DNA of 64,000 bases from a plasmid. The DNA lies in the sequence record CP121101.1; one strand, 5' to 3'. The translations under genes were made by a program, and so were the position numbers. Within the stretch, counting starts at the first letter, position 1. Every line of letters begins with the position of its first letter. The notes beneath the pieces are model-generated. The model had not been told where the DNA came from. It saw nothing but the letters and a program-made list of their open reading frames with translations, and did no database searches. This document shows positions 33,518 through 44,447 of the stretch, in pieces.

Positions 33518-34771
33518 ACGAACCCATCCGAGCATCGATATTGTTATTACCTGACTAAATAACTCAAGATGAGCACCTTGCGATGACTGACTCGCAGTCG
33601 ATTTTGGTTAAATGGTTAAGTAGTTTTTATATAAATACAGGTAATTGGTATACATGGGAGAGCGTTTCAAGATATTCGCTCCTCAACAGATATAATCGTT
33701 TTATAGCAATAATTTTTAACCGCCTAACCATGAGCACCTCAAACTCACTAATGGCGTGGGTTAGAGACTGATTAAGTGGCACAGAGCCAGTTTAACCAGT
33801 GTCTACTCACAATAAACCAAGATGTTTTTTAATTGCCGTTGGTAACGGCAAGTTATCCACTTCATTGAACGACCTACTAGGCCTAGAGATGCCTGTGTGG
33901 ATTATCAGTCGATGATAGGCTTTGGTATCGTAAGCACCGCCTGCAAAATTTGTACCCAGCGTACAACGCAATAACTAGCATGGTGCTTTTTTCCTAGCAA
34001 AATTGGCAATCACGGGTAATTTGGCCGAGGTAATTAAGTGCCCTCTTGAAAGTTTAAAAGCTTTCTCCCACACAGGCGTTGGTATTCGCACCTTTCTTAG
34101 CCTGCTCAAGCGTCAGCGGCAAGCCGGCAGGTGGTGTTGTGGGTTTGTTCATGGCCTGATGATGCCGGACAGGTGGGATCAGGCAAGGAGCAACAGAGGA
34201 TCAAGGGACGATCGTCTCACTTTTCCCTATCAATACCCTCTGGGTGAACAGTTACGCCCAAACTCCATACCCAGAACGCTCAGCATAGTCCCTAGAATCG
34301 CGTAGGTGAGCATTTACTGGCTGGTGAGTGGCAATATATGCCTCCGCACCTCAATTCAATACAGAGCCTCTGGTGGCTGGTCTGTCGATGCAATATAAAA
34401 CACCACAAGGGACTCATATGAACTTTTTTGAAATATTTTCAACTTTACCACTTGAAAATTTTCGAAATATGTCCACGTATTATAATTGAGAGCAATGAAA
34501 TTCTTATCTCTATTTCCCTATGCTTTCTCCTCTGAGAATCCTCTGTAATACCTCATATTTTAGCCACTATCAATACTCAAAGATGAGAATCAATGTCAAA
34601 CAAGATGAATGAGGGTGCGTTCTCTAGTATGGCTGACTGCATCGCTCGTCGATGCAATATAAAAACGTCGGAATGAATTTTTTCACGAAAGAAAATTTTC
34701 ACGCTAGTGATCTTGTTTTTTTGTGAACAAAAATACCAATACCACTTTTTAAAAAAATTAGATTATGAATT

Positions 34772-36042
34772 AACCCTTACCCATCCCCTCATATGAGCGA
34801 GGCGTGGCGCGGCTTCTGCGCTATCATCCTGCTCTTTGACCGGCAAATACCTGACTACTGACCTCCATGCTCGACCACCACACTATTCTCCAGCACATCG
34901 ATGACATATTGGCCAGGACAGGACATGCATGCCAAGCGCGTCCTCTCTCTGGCAAATGCAACCCAGGGCGTGCTCAGCTCCGGCTCTCTCGCCATCCATG
35001 CCATTGGCAATGGCCTCTCCGTTGCCCGCAGCATTGACCGCAAGCATGCCGTCAAACAGGTCGACCGCCTGCTGACCAACACCAAGCTCAACGTCTGGCT
35101 CCTGTTTCAGGATTGGGTGCCCTATGTCGTTGCCGAGCGCAAAGAGATTGTCGTCTCCATGGACTGGACCGAGTTTGACCAGGATGACCACTGCACCCTG
35201 GTCATCAGCCTGCAAACCAGCCACAGCCGTAACACGCCCCTGCTCTGGCAAACCCACCAGAAGTCGCTACTCAAGGGCAAGCGCAATGAGCATGAGCGCA
35301 CCTTGCTGGCCAAACTCAAGGCGTGCCTGCCAGCCGGCATCTTCACCACGGTGGTCGCCGACCGTGGCTTTGGCTACCGGGAGATGTTCGAACTGTTGGA
35401 AACCGAGTTCGATTTTGCCTATCTCATTCGTTTTAAAGGCAATATCCTGGTCGGTCATGCCGATGCAGAGCAGGTTCCTGCCCGTCAATGGCTCACCCCG
35501 ACCGGGCGAACGCGCACCCTCAAAGAGGTCGAGATGACCTGGACCCGTCATCCGGTCGCCCGCGTCTATTGCTGCCAGAAGAGTGGTATGAAGGAGCCCT
35601 GGTTTTTAGCCAGCAACCGCACCGACCTGAGCGCGGCCAGGGCACTGGGCCTGTACGGCAAGCGTTGGGGCATTGAAACCAGCTTCCGTGACATCAAGGA
35701 CTACCGTTTTGGCATGGGGATGGGGCAGGTACGGCTGAGCAGTCCGGCACGCCGTGACCGGCTGTTCCTGTTCAGCGCGCTGGCGATAGTGTTGCTGACG
35801 CTGCTGGGTAAGGCGGGTGACAGTATAGGGCTGGAGCGGACCATCAAGGTCAACACCAGCAAGAGCCGGAACTATTCGTTCTTCCGTCAAGGGTGCATTT
35901 ATTACGAATTATTACGACGATGAAGGAGGCGAATGCCCGACCGCTGATGGAGAAATTTGTTTATTACTTGAAACAGCACCGTTTATACACCAGCACGCTT
36001 GGCATTATTTGAGTCTTAAAAAATGAGGGGATCCCTAAGGGT
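34772..36042 (+). mobile_element. IS4-family (IS10-group-like) insertion sequence, ~1.27 kb, imperfect 21-bp terminal IRs (AACCCTTACCCATCCCCTCAT / rc ACCCTTAGGGATCCCCTCAT)
   Basis: IRs at 34772-34793 and 36023-36042 flanking a DDE transposase gene. Confidence 0.65.
34866..35923 (+). CDS. IS4-family transposase (IS10-like); N-terminus MLDHHTILQHIDDILA joined to ORF 34901-35923 across a frameshift at ~34920
   Basis: collinear with IS10 Tnp: AKRVLSLANATQGVL, VSMDWTEF, VVADRGFG, YGKRWGIETSFRDIKD. Confidence 0.7.
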
Positions 36043-36935
36043 ATAGTGGGGGCTGAGTTGTTCGCGTTTCATCATCCATGCTCTGGTGTCTCGACCTCGG
36101 GATGCGAAGTAGACCTTTCCCAACCGCCCCCTGATTAATCCTATCGATCACCTGCATATGTGCATCGCTACGGGGGTCGTGCTGCTAGTTTCTGAATGGA
36201 TCTCATTGCTGTATGCCTTTGGGAGAGAAGTCCGCCAGCATGACTCCACCCTTCATATAGCGGACATCATCCCGCCAGATCCGATGTAGCAGGAATTCGA
36301 TCTGGGCAAGCAACTCACGGGTATCAGCAGTGGGTATCGGCAACCGTGTGGATATTTGGTTGGCGTAGTGTGTTTCCCACTCCGCAAATGGGCTCGAACG
36401 TATGAATACTGTGACATGGCAGCAGTACATGCCCTCTGCCCTGAGTTTCTCAGCAGACCGTTCCATGTAGCCAGCGAGAGCCTCCCGCATGGGGCCAAAT
36501 TCGGTGATCCGCTTCCCGAAAGAGCGGGAGCAGATGATCTGCTGCTTGGCCTGGGCCATCGGCTCCAGTTCGGCGCAGGGAATCCCCCGCAGTTCCTGTA
36601 CTGTGCGTTCGACGACGCCATACCGGCGCCGCAGGCTCTTGGCATCAGGCGCTACTAGGCCAGCTACGGTGTTGATGTCTTGGGCTGTCATCCGTTGTTG
36701 AGCCGAATGCACAAACCTGGAGATGAGAAGCGGAGTTTGGTTATTGTCCCAACGTAGGATTACGACGGCTGGCTGGGTTGTCGTGACCCAGAGTTGGTAC
36801 GAACCTACCTTGTTCAGCAGGAAGCAGAAGTGTTGATGGGCTCGCCAACAAGCATAAAAAAGCTTTTGATAACAGTCGCTTCACTCACTCGATAAAATAT
36901 ATGGTGATTTTTATATACTCCCAAGGAAGTTATTT
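36017..36935 (-). pseudogene. umuC/rulB/mucB-like Y-family DNA polymerase gene remnant. The N-terminal ~125 codons are missing, there are internal frameshifts, and the last codons plus stop are supplied by the IS10-like IR.
   Basis: ...RRRYGVVERTVQELRGIPC...ICSRSFGKRIT...AEKLRAEGMYC...GGVMLADF... and, in another frame, KVYFASRG.DTRAWMMKREQLSPHYTLR matching the UmuC C-terminus (LYFAGQGIQQQWQMKRAMLSPRYTTR). Confidence 0.65.
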
Positions 36936-37747
36936 TTAGATGTCTGGTGCTAAGTTGAGTTTAAATTCCTTAAGCATCTCAAATGCTGCGGGATCCTTCG
37001 GTACAGGTAGTTGGTTGGCTTTCAGAACAGCTGCCCTACCGGACCTACAGACAGATGGGTCACCCTGGCCGTTATCCACTGAGTGGACAAAGCCACTGCT
37101 GGTAAGCTTCACACCGATAGTACAAGTTTTACCCCGCATTGTAGGATCTAATATCATATATCGATTAATCGTTGCGCTGATGAGGGCTGCATATTTGTCT
37201 ACGTCGCTTCTGGTTGTCACCGATGCGGTCTGGCTAAGGGAATAGGCTGCCATCTCTTTTTGCAGCCTTGCTTCTTCTGCCATCTGGGCTGTGGTTTTTG
37301 ACTTAGCTGGAGCTTGCATACTCGCAAGCGCCGCCATACAGCCAACCTTCCATTCATTTAAGCGTACCTGCCTACTCTCAATTACCTCTTTGAGATCGCC
37401 AGCAGCCAAGACAGATTAGTATATTTTAATGTTTCCATTGGATCTCTTTCGAGTTTCCCCTCAACCAAAGCCATCGCTCTGCGCTCTTTTATTGCATACT
37501 GCTCAGTATTAATTTCATTGAGCTTATTTACCATTTGCTCTGTTTTATCTGCTTCGGTCCTTACGCTATCAAACCCTTTACATGTCTTGAATCCTGACCA
37601 AGAGTTGGCATCAGCTGACTGTGCAGCTTCAACTTTGATGCCAATGATCGCCATAACAGCTACCAACGTTAATCCTTGTACTTGGCGTGCGTTAACTTTA
37701 AAAACACCCCCTCCCAAAAAACAGTATGTCTGAGCATGTGATTTCAT
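36936..37747 (-). CDS. secreted protein with signal peptide, coiled-coil region and C-terminal TolA domain-III-like fold (~270 aa; ORFs 37382-37747 and 36936-37409 joined across a frameshift)
   Basis: C-terminus RGKTCTIGVKLTSSGFVHSVDNGQGDPSVCRSGRAAVLKANQLPVPKDPAAFEMLKEFKLNL aligns with TolA-III GKTCTLRIKLAPDG...GDPALCQAAL.AAK.A.IP.PP...YE.FKN..L.F. Confidence 0.5.
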
Positions 37748-37883
37748 TTTTTTCCTATTTTTCTTTGTAGTAAAAAATTAGTAAACCCATCTCTAAAATG
37801 CATGTAACTAGCAAATATAAAAATAATTATCTGAGCAATACCTAGATACATATGTGGTTTCAATAAAACCGCAAAATATAGCA

Positions 37884-38186
37884 TCAATGAGACAACGACA
37901 CATAAAAATCGCTTGCAGCAGTATAGTAACTAAATTGACTTTCATTTGTTGATAATTTTATAGAACTTACAGATTTAGATATGTTGGCAGTTATTTGCCC
38001 AAATATTATGCATGCTGCTAACGACCAATCTGATGCTGTCAGTATATCTTGATAGTTTGAGCTGTATAATTTTACAAATACAAGTAAAATAAATGGGGTT
38101 ATTATGTAAATGTACGTAGCCTTGAGTTCCGCCATTATGGATTTTTTTTCGGAGTCAGAAATTTGATAACTCATGTTGATATCCAT
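37884..38186 (-). CDS. small membrane protein, 100 aa (two TM segments), in an AT-rich island
   Basis: ORF overlapping the 3' end of the upstream gene by 32 bp; TM helices YIYIITPFILLVFVKLY and LAACIIFGQITANI. Confidence 0.5.
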   Translation of the reverse strand: MDINMSYQISDSEKKSIMAELKATYIYIITPFILLVFVKLYSSNYQDILTASDWSLAACIIFGQITANISKSVSSIKLSTNESQFSYYTAASDFYVSLSH

Positions 38187-39018
38187 GGCTCCTTATTATA
38201 GAGTTAATCTTAATTATCTTTGCATTTCTTATTTCTGTTTGCCCTTTTCCTGACGGCGTTTTATATATGTCGTATGTTATATCAGCATCAATCATATCTT
38301 TAGGGCCTATGGGTAGTATTAGTCCCTGCTGATATCGTTCTAACCATTCATTGTTTACAATGCGCGCACTAAAACTCCGTTCCATAATAGGACTTTTAAA
38401 AGTCCACACTGAATGACCTTCACCTTCATTCACAGCAATCTTTACATATAGTTTGTCAGTTATGGCATAGCTTTCAGATGCACCTAAAAACATTGCTTTA
38501 GGATTTCCCGTGAAACGCCACCTACTATTCAATGTGGCAACATTACCATTGTTAAGTGCTGATGTGAATTCTACATGTTCATTTGGTAATAGTTTCGAGT
38601 TTGCTTCGGATAATTTTGACAATACTGTAGCCAAATTTTTTCTGTCTACATATGGATCTAATTGTGATTCTGAGTTTTCATATAATTTGCTCTCTAACTT
38701 TAATGCAAGTAATTCGATGTCGGATTCTGACTCCGTGTGTTCTACGAGGTCGTCAAATAGTCGAAAACTACTATCTATAACTGTGTTAGCAACTGCACCT
38801 AATAATTTTTCTTTCAGTATAGATAGCTTTCCTATTACAGAGCTAATTGCTATATCATCCAGAATCAGTTCAAAATCACACTCTTGGTCAAGAGCGTTAG
38901 TAATAAGCTGTCCTAGATCCTTGTACCCATTGATATATAAAGCCATAGCTTGAAATACTTCGGATGGGTTATTTCTGTTTTTTAGAAAATCTATCTTAAT
39001 TGACAAATCAGAGTTCAA
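38155..39018 (-). CDS. hypothetical protein, 287 aa, AT-rich codon usage (foreign island)
   Basis: long clean ORF in a visibly AT-rich segment (37.75-39.15 kb); no family recognised. Confidence 0.55.
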   Translation of the reverse strand: MNSDLSIKIDFLKNRNNPSEVFQAMALYINGYKDLGQLITNALDQECDFELILDDIAISSVIGKLSILKEKLLGAVANTVIDSSFRLFDDLVEHTESESDIELLALKLESKLYENSESQLDPYVDRKNLATVLSKLSEANSKLLPNEHVEFTSALNNGNVATLNSRWRFTGNPKAMFLGASESYAITDKLYVKIAVNEGEGHSVWTFKSPIMERSFSARIVNNEWLERYQQGLILPIGPKDMIDADITYDIYKTPSGKGQTEIRNAKIIKINSIIRSHGYQHELSNF

Positions 39019-39169
39019 TTATTTTCCCCTTTGAAACATTTTAATAATGCTCCTAGTACTGTAAGCCACAACCTGAAAAATATAATTTTAATGCCAATCT
39101 AACATACCCATTGTAATCTGTACCTGTTCACACATTCCTTAATCATGATTTCAAGTTCGTGCGGAACAA

Positions 39170-40344
39170 TCAAAGCCCCGCATTGTCATCTTTCTTAAGA
39201 TCCTTATCGCACATATCTTTGTTGGAGAAGGCGTATTCTACTGTCAAATAACCGGTGTCTCCGCTGGCTGCATTCGCCATCAGGTACACATCAGTCAAAT
39301 TCCACGGCAGGGCTTTTTTTTCCCCCTTCCAGGAGCTTATCAGATAGCGATCTTTCTTGTTGAGCGCCATCATCCAATACTTACCTTCTTTCCAAATTGA
39401 TCCCGCCGTCAGGGGAAATCTAGCTTCTTGGCCTTGCCGTATTTTTCCGACAATATCTTATCAAGTTCATCAAATTCGCTTTTGACATCAAAACCATAGC
39501 CATTGGTCACAATGTCTTTGCCAATACCCTTAACCCAGCACAGCCCCGCATTATCCGAGATTTTGACGGCATAGTTTTCAAACTGGCTGTTGGGTTTGGG
39601 TGGATTGTCGAACAAATAAATGCCATTACCTTGCGGTTTCAGCTGGCCGGCAAACATGTCTACGGTCATCCCCATCGCCAAGCCAAAAGGGCCATCCGAC
39701 GCGACGATTTTACTAGTTTCAGCGACTGACACTGGTGCCGGAGCAGGAGTCAGTGTTGGTGCGGGGGATGCCGCCTGTGAGGCTGGCGTTGCAGCCGTTG
39801 CAGCCACGGCAGTGTTGGCCGGTGTAGCGGCGGACTTGCCCACTATCAACAAGCCGTATTTGGCTGACAAGCGTTGTTGCTCAAGCTGCGCAAGCGTTTG
39901 CTCGATAGTCGCGACCGTAGTCTGACTGAGGGCTGCCAGCAGGCCGCCGCTGTATTGCGCCGCCGTGGCCTTGGCATTGTCAAGTTTCAACTTGGTTTGC
40001 ACGATGTCGCCTTCCAGCTGCTTGGCTCGCTCTGGATCCGCTTTACTGGTGGGCGTTACCACCGTCACCTTCGTGCCGGTCTCAATAGCCTGGATACGTT
40101 GATTGACCACATCCTGACTCAGTTTCAGGGTCTCTTCTCGCATTTGCATGATGGTCAAGATCAGGCCGCTGCCCATTTGCGACATCTCGCCCGTTACACT
40201 GATGATCTCCTGCCCCAGTGCATCCCGCTCTTGCTTGAGCTGACCGACAAGCTCTTTTTCTTCTGTTGTTAATGTCTTTTGCTGATCACAGGCCGACATC
40301 ATAAAAACTGAACACACCAACAGTGCAACGTGCGTCTTTTTCAT
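39170..40344 (-). CDS. lipoprotein with coiled-coil region and Ala/Pro-rich linker (~390 aa; ORFs 39409-40344 and 39170-39373 joined across a frameshift in a C4 run)
   Basis: signal/lipobox MKKTHVALLVCSVFMMSAC; ...KYGKAKKLDF|PLTAGSIWKEGKYWMMALNKKDRYLISSWKGEKKALPW. Confidence 0.5.
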
Positions 40345-40634
40345 TTTTATCCTCTGTTTCTATATTATTAATTCATGATTAATATATAAACGAATAATGT
40401 CATACGGATAAATCAACACTAACCAGTCTGTCAGAAATCGGAATTCTTTAAAAGATTTATAGTTAAATGCGGGATTTTGATAGTAAAAGATCTGCCTAGC
40501 TTCACACTTTTGTGCTGCGTAGGGGCAGCAGTAAACAGCCTGCTCTCACCATGCGACAGCTAGTTTTGTATGCCATCTCCGTCCCTTAAAATATTTCTGT
40601 ATAGAGCTTGGATACTGCTATCAACTAGGCTAAG

Positions 40635-41829
<1,195 letters not shown>

Positions 41830-41926
41830 TTAGCAGCATTCATTGCTGCTTCACGGGTCCGGTGGCTTTTAAATCACGGTCTTTGCCTGCTCGGAGGCTG
41901 TAAAACGGAGCGTTTTTGGTGGCCAT

Positions 41927-42202
41927 TCAGATGCCACCTTCTTCGATTGCCGGGCGCTTAGTCGGATCTAGCCACGCCAGAGCTTCCTTCTCGCATGCTT
42001 CGCGAGACGCGCTGAACCCGGCCTGCTCCATGACCCGGCCATACTCTGCTGCCAGGTATTCATAGGCGTCGGCTAGGTCACTCAGGAGCTGGGCTGCGTC
42101 GACATTTCCGGAATGGTACAGACCCTTTGCTTGCATTCTGACTTTGGGAATTCCTTTGATGCTCATGATGTTCTCTCTTTGGTCGAAATCGTTAATATTC
42201 AA
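41927..42202 (-). CDS. hypothetical protein, 91 aa
   Basis: ORF only. Confidence 0.4.
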   Translation of the reverse strand: MNINDFDQRENIMSIKGIPKVRMQAKGLYHSGNVDAAQLLSDLADAYEYLAAEYGRVMEQAGFSASREACEKEALAWLDPTKRPAIEEGGI

Positions 42203-42507
42203 TGAGTTGAATGTACTATAATAATGCCGAGTGACGCAACTTCAGGAGCGCTCCCGGCTTGGTTAATCTAGGAATGGCAGGTCGCACTCACGAATGCTGA
42301 TCTGCTGTCGTGATTATGCCGAGGGGAGTAGGGGGAGCCAATAATGGGTGGCTATCCTAGATGTCTCGGTGGCGAGGTATCCTACGATGGGGCAGAGTGC
42401 TTTGTTGGGACATGCCCGAGCTCACAGCGCCAGCCTATCTATCAATACCGAGCGGCGTTTCGGCTTCGGCAAATATCCCGGGCCAGCTCATTGATTTCTA
42501 CGTTGTG

Positions 42508-42831
42508 TCACAAGCTCACCAAGACCCCAACCACAGCTATTAGCCACGGGATAGACCAAAGAGAAATGAAACCAACTAAATCATCATGTTGCCAAACATA
42601 ATCCAAGCCACAGGCAAGGCGAACTATGGCAGCTGTCATACAGATAAAAATGGTGATGACCCACCCAGGAATCACATCTGCATGCGCTTTCGCGATGTCT
42701 TTTATCGTTGGTCCATGTCTCATGCTTTCCGGCTCCTTCTTGGTTGACTTCGATGGGATGAATCTACCATAGAGCTGGGCAGCACAACCTTGCTGGTGGA
42801 CCCTCCCTGGGTCTCTCGGTTGGTGGGTCAC
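42508..42831 (-). CDS. small membrane protein (probable start MRHGPTIKD..., ~71 aa; two TM segments)
   Basis: hydrophobic C-terminal half; immediately downstream of the Mrr-like gene. Confidence 0.4.
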   Translation of the reverse strand: MTHQPRDPGRVHQQGCAAQLYGRFIPSKSTKKEPESMRHGPTIKDIAKAHADVIPGWVITIFICMTAAIVRLACGLDYVWQHDDLVGFISLWSIPWLIAVVGVLVSL

Positions 42832-42837
42832 CGGCGG

Positions 42838-43461
42838 TTATGTTAGGAACTCGACGAGTTGTGGGCCGCTGATGATAGTGACAGGGGACCCTTTGATCGC
42901 GTGCCAAGCAGATTTCGGAGTACGTCCAGTATGAATGAATAGGCCTTTACATTCCTGCTGCCGGCATTGCTCGGTAAATGCTCTCACATGGTCTGTGCTG
43001 ATGAATTTCTTGTAGCGTTTTGCCTGGATGAGTACCAATTTACCGCCTATGACAGCCTTTCCATCAATTCCACCATCCCGGGAGTAGCTTTTGTTTCGAA
43101 TGATCGTCAATCCCTGCAGTTCCAATGCGCTGAGAATGAGCTCCTCAAATGTGTATGGGTCGATCTTGCGGAGGTAGGCTATCTGGGCCTGCCATGTCGG
43201 TATTCCCCGAATTTTTGCCAGCACCGAACCCGATTGTTCTATCCGAGCCTCATGCCTTCCTTTTCTCCCCCTTGACCTGCGGACCGGGTTAAAAAAGGCG
43301 AGCATTGCGAGCAACACAAATAGAACCAGAATCGGCCAGGTCTGCAGGTGAAGAAGAAGAGATGAAAGCGGCTCAGTGAATGAGGTTAGAGAAGGAAGAA
43401 CAATCATGGAAACGCCCTTGGTGGGTGGGTGGTGAATGGCTGGAGAGGCCCCCCCTGACAA
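42838..43461 (-). CDS. membrane-anchored restriction-endonuclease-like protein (N-terminal TM helix plus Mrr_cat/PD-(D/E)xK domain)
   Basis: TM WPILVLFVLLAMLAFF; nuclease core YSRDGGIDGKAVIGGKLVLIQAKRYKKFISTDHVRAF (D...D/E.K pattern of Mrr_cat). Confidence 0.55.
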   Translation of the reverse strand: MSGGASPAIHHPPTKGVSMIVLPSLTSFTEPLSSLLLHLQTWPILVLFVLLAMLAFFNPVRRSRGRKGRHEARIEQSGSVLAKIRGIPTWQAQIAYLRKIDPYTFEELILSALELQGLTIIRNKSYSRDGGIDGKAVIGGKLVLIQAKRYKKFISTDHVRAFTEQCRQQECKGLFIHTGRTPKSAWHAIKGSPVTIISGPQLVEFLT

Positions 43462-43518
43462 GCACCGAATGTGAGAAGAAGGCGGGGCCTTTGGCCCCGC
43501 TGTTAGTTTCGGATCGCG

Positions 43519-43776
43519 CTATTCGCCGGCGTCTAGGACTTGGTAGGTACCGATGGCGGCCAACTCTTGCTCTAATTGCAGAAGGGCATCCGAGTTGTCC
43601 CCTGCATGTTGATGATCAAGGCATGTGGAAATGCGATCCCAGACAAACAACAGCTCTTTCATGCTGAGAGATGATTCGTGGCTGTCAGCAAGCAACTCCA
43701 ATGCTTGCGATGTCTCCAGACTGCTTACCCTGGATAGGATCGCAACGACGTGGGGTCTGGTCATGGGCTCCTCCAT
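43519..43776 (-). CDS. hypothetical protein (~85 aa, start MEEPMTRPHVV)
   Basis: ORF; upstream part of the 130-aa ORF overlaps the preceding gene. Confidence 0.35.
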   Translation of the reverse strand: MEEPMTRPHVVAILSRVSSLETSQALELLADSHESSLSMKELLFVWDRISTCLDHQHAGDNSDALLQLEQELAAIGTYQVLDAGE

Positions 43777-44447
43777 TACAGATGCTTTTTGAAGAACCTT
43801 ACTGCCAACCAGAGGGATACAGAGGACAGCACTGCACTGGGCACCAAAATCCAGTTGGGGTGGATTGTGAATGGAATGGCCAAGTACAGCCCCCACCCAC
43901 ACCACATGCACGGTAAAATCATGCGCTTGGCGTAGTGGTGTCTTAACCCAGACTCCCGAGCCCCTCCGTACTTGCGTAGATCCCGGAGCATCAACCCATC
44001 AAAGAAGGCCACAAACATGAATAGCCCATACAGTGGCAACGTAAACAGCAAGATCACCGCTCGGATTAGGCAGACGATAGTGATGTAGATGGCCGCGAGC
44101 AGGTACTGTTCGAAAACCGCCATCGAAGCAGACCAAGAGGTGATCCATCGATACCTCGCGGGGTCTAAAACGTCGGGCCCCATAGGGGAACCCGTTACGG
44201 CCTGTGTGATGTAATGGATATCCTCAGTCGGTGTCCAACCAAACAGCGCTGCATTAACGAAGTCTTCATTCAGATAACCAGCCTCTTCGATCACCATTTT
44301 GAGGGCGTGCTGGGCTCCTTGCTCAGGCCAGAACCATATCATGCCGCACCATTCAATCATGACGCCGGTGACGGTGGCCCCAACCACCATACCGATGGAG
44401 ACGATGACAAACGAGATGATGTCGATCCGTTCATTCGGTGTGGCCAT
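43776..44447 (-). CDS. ICE-type conjugative transfer membrane protein (4 TM; resembles the PFL_4697/TIGR03747 family of PFGI-1/pKLC102-type elements)
   Basis: 223-aa polytopic membrane protein immediately downstream of traD. Confidence 0.5.
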   Translation of the reverse strand: MATPNERIDIISFVIVSIGMVVGATVTGVMIEWCGMIWFWPEQGAQHALKMVIEEAGYLNEDFVNAALFGWTPTEDIHYITQAVTGSPMGPDVLDPARYRWITSWSASMAVFEQYLLAAIYITIVCLIRAVILLFTLPLYGLFMFVAFFDGLMLRDLRKYGGARESGLRHHYAKRMILPCMWCGWGLYLAIPFTIHPNWILVPSAVLSSVSLWLAVRFFKKHL

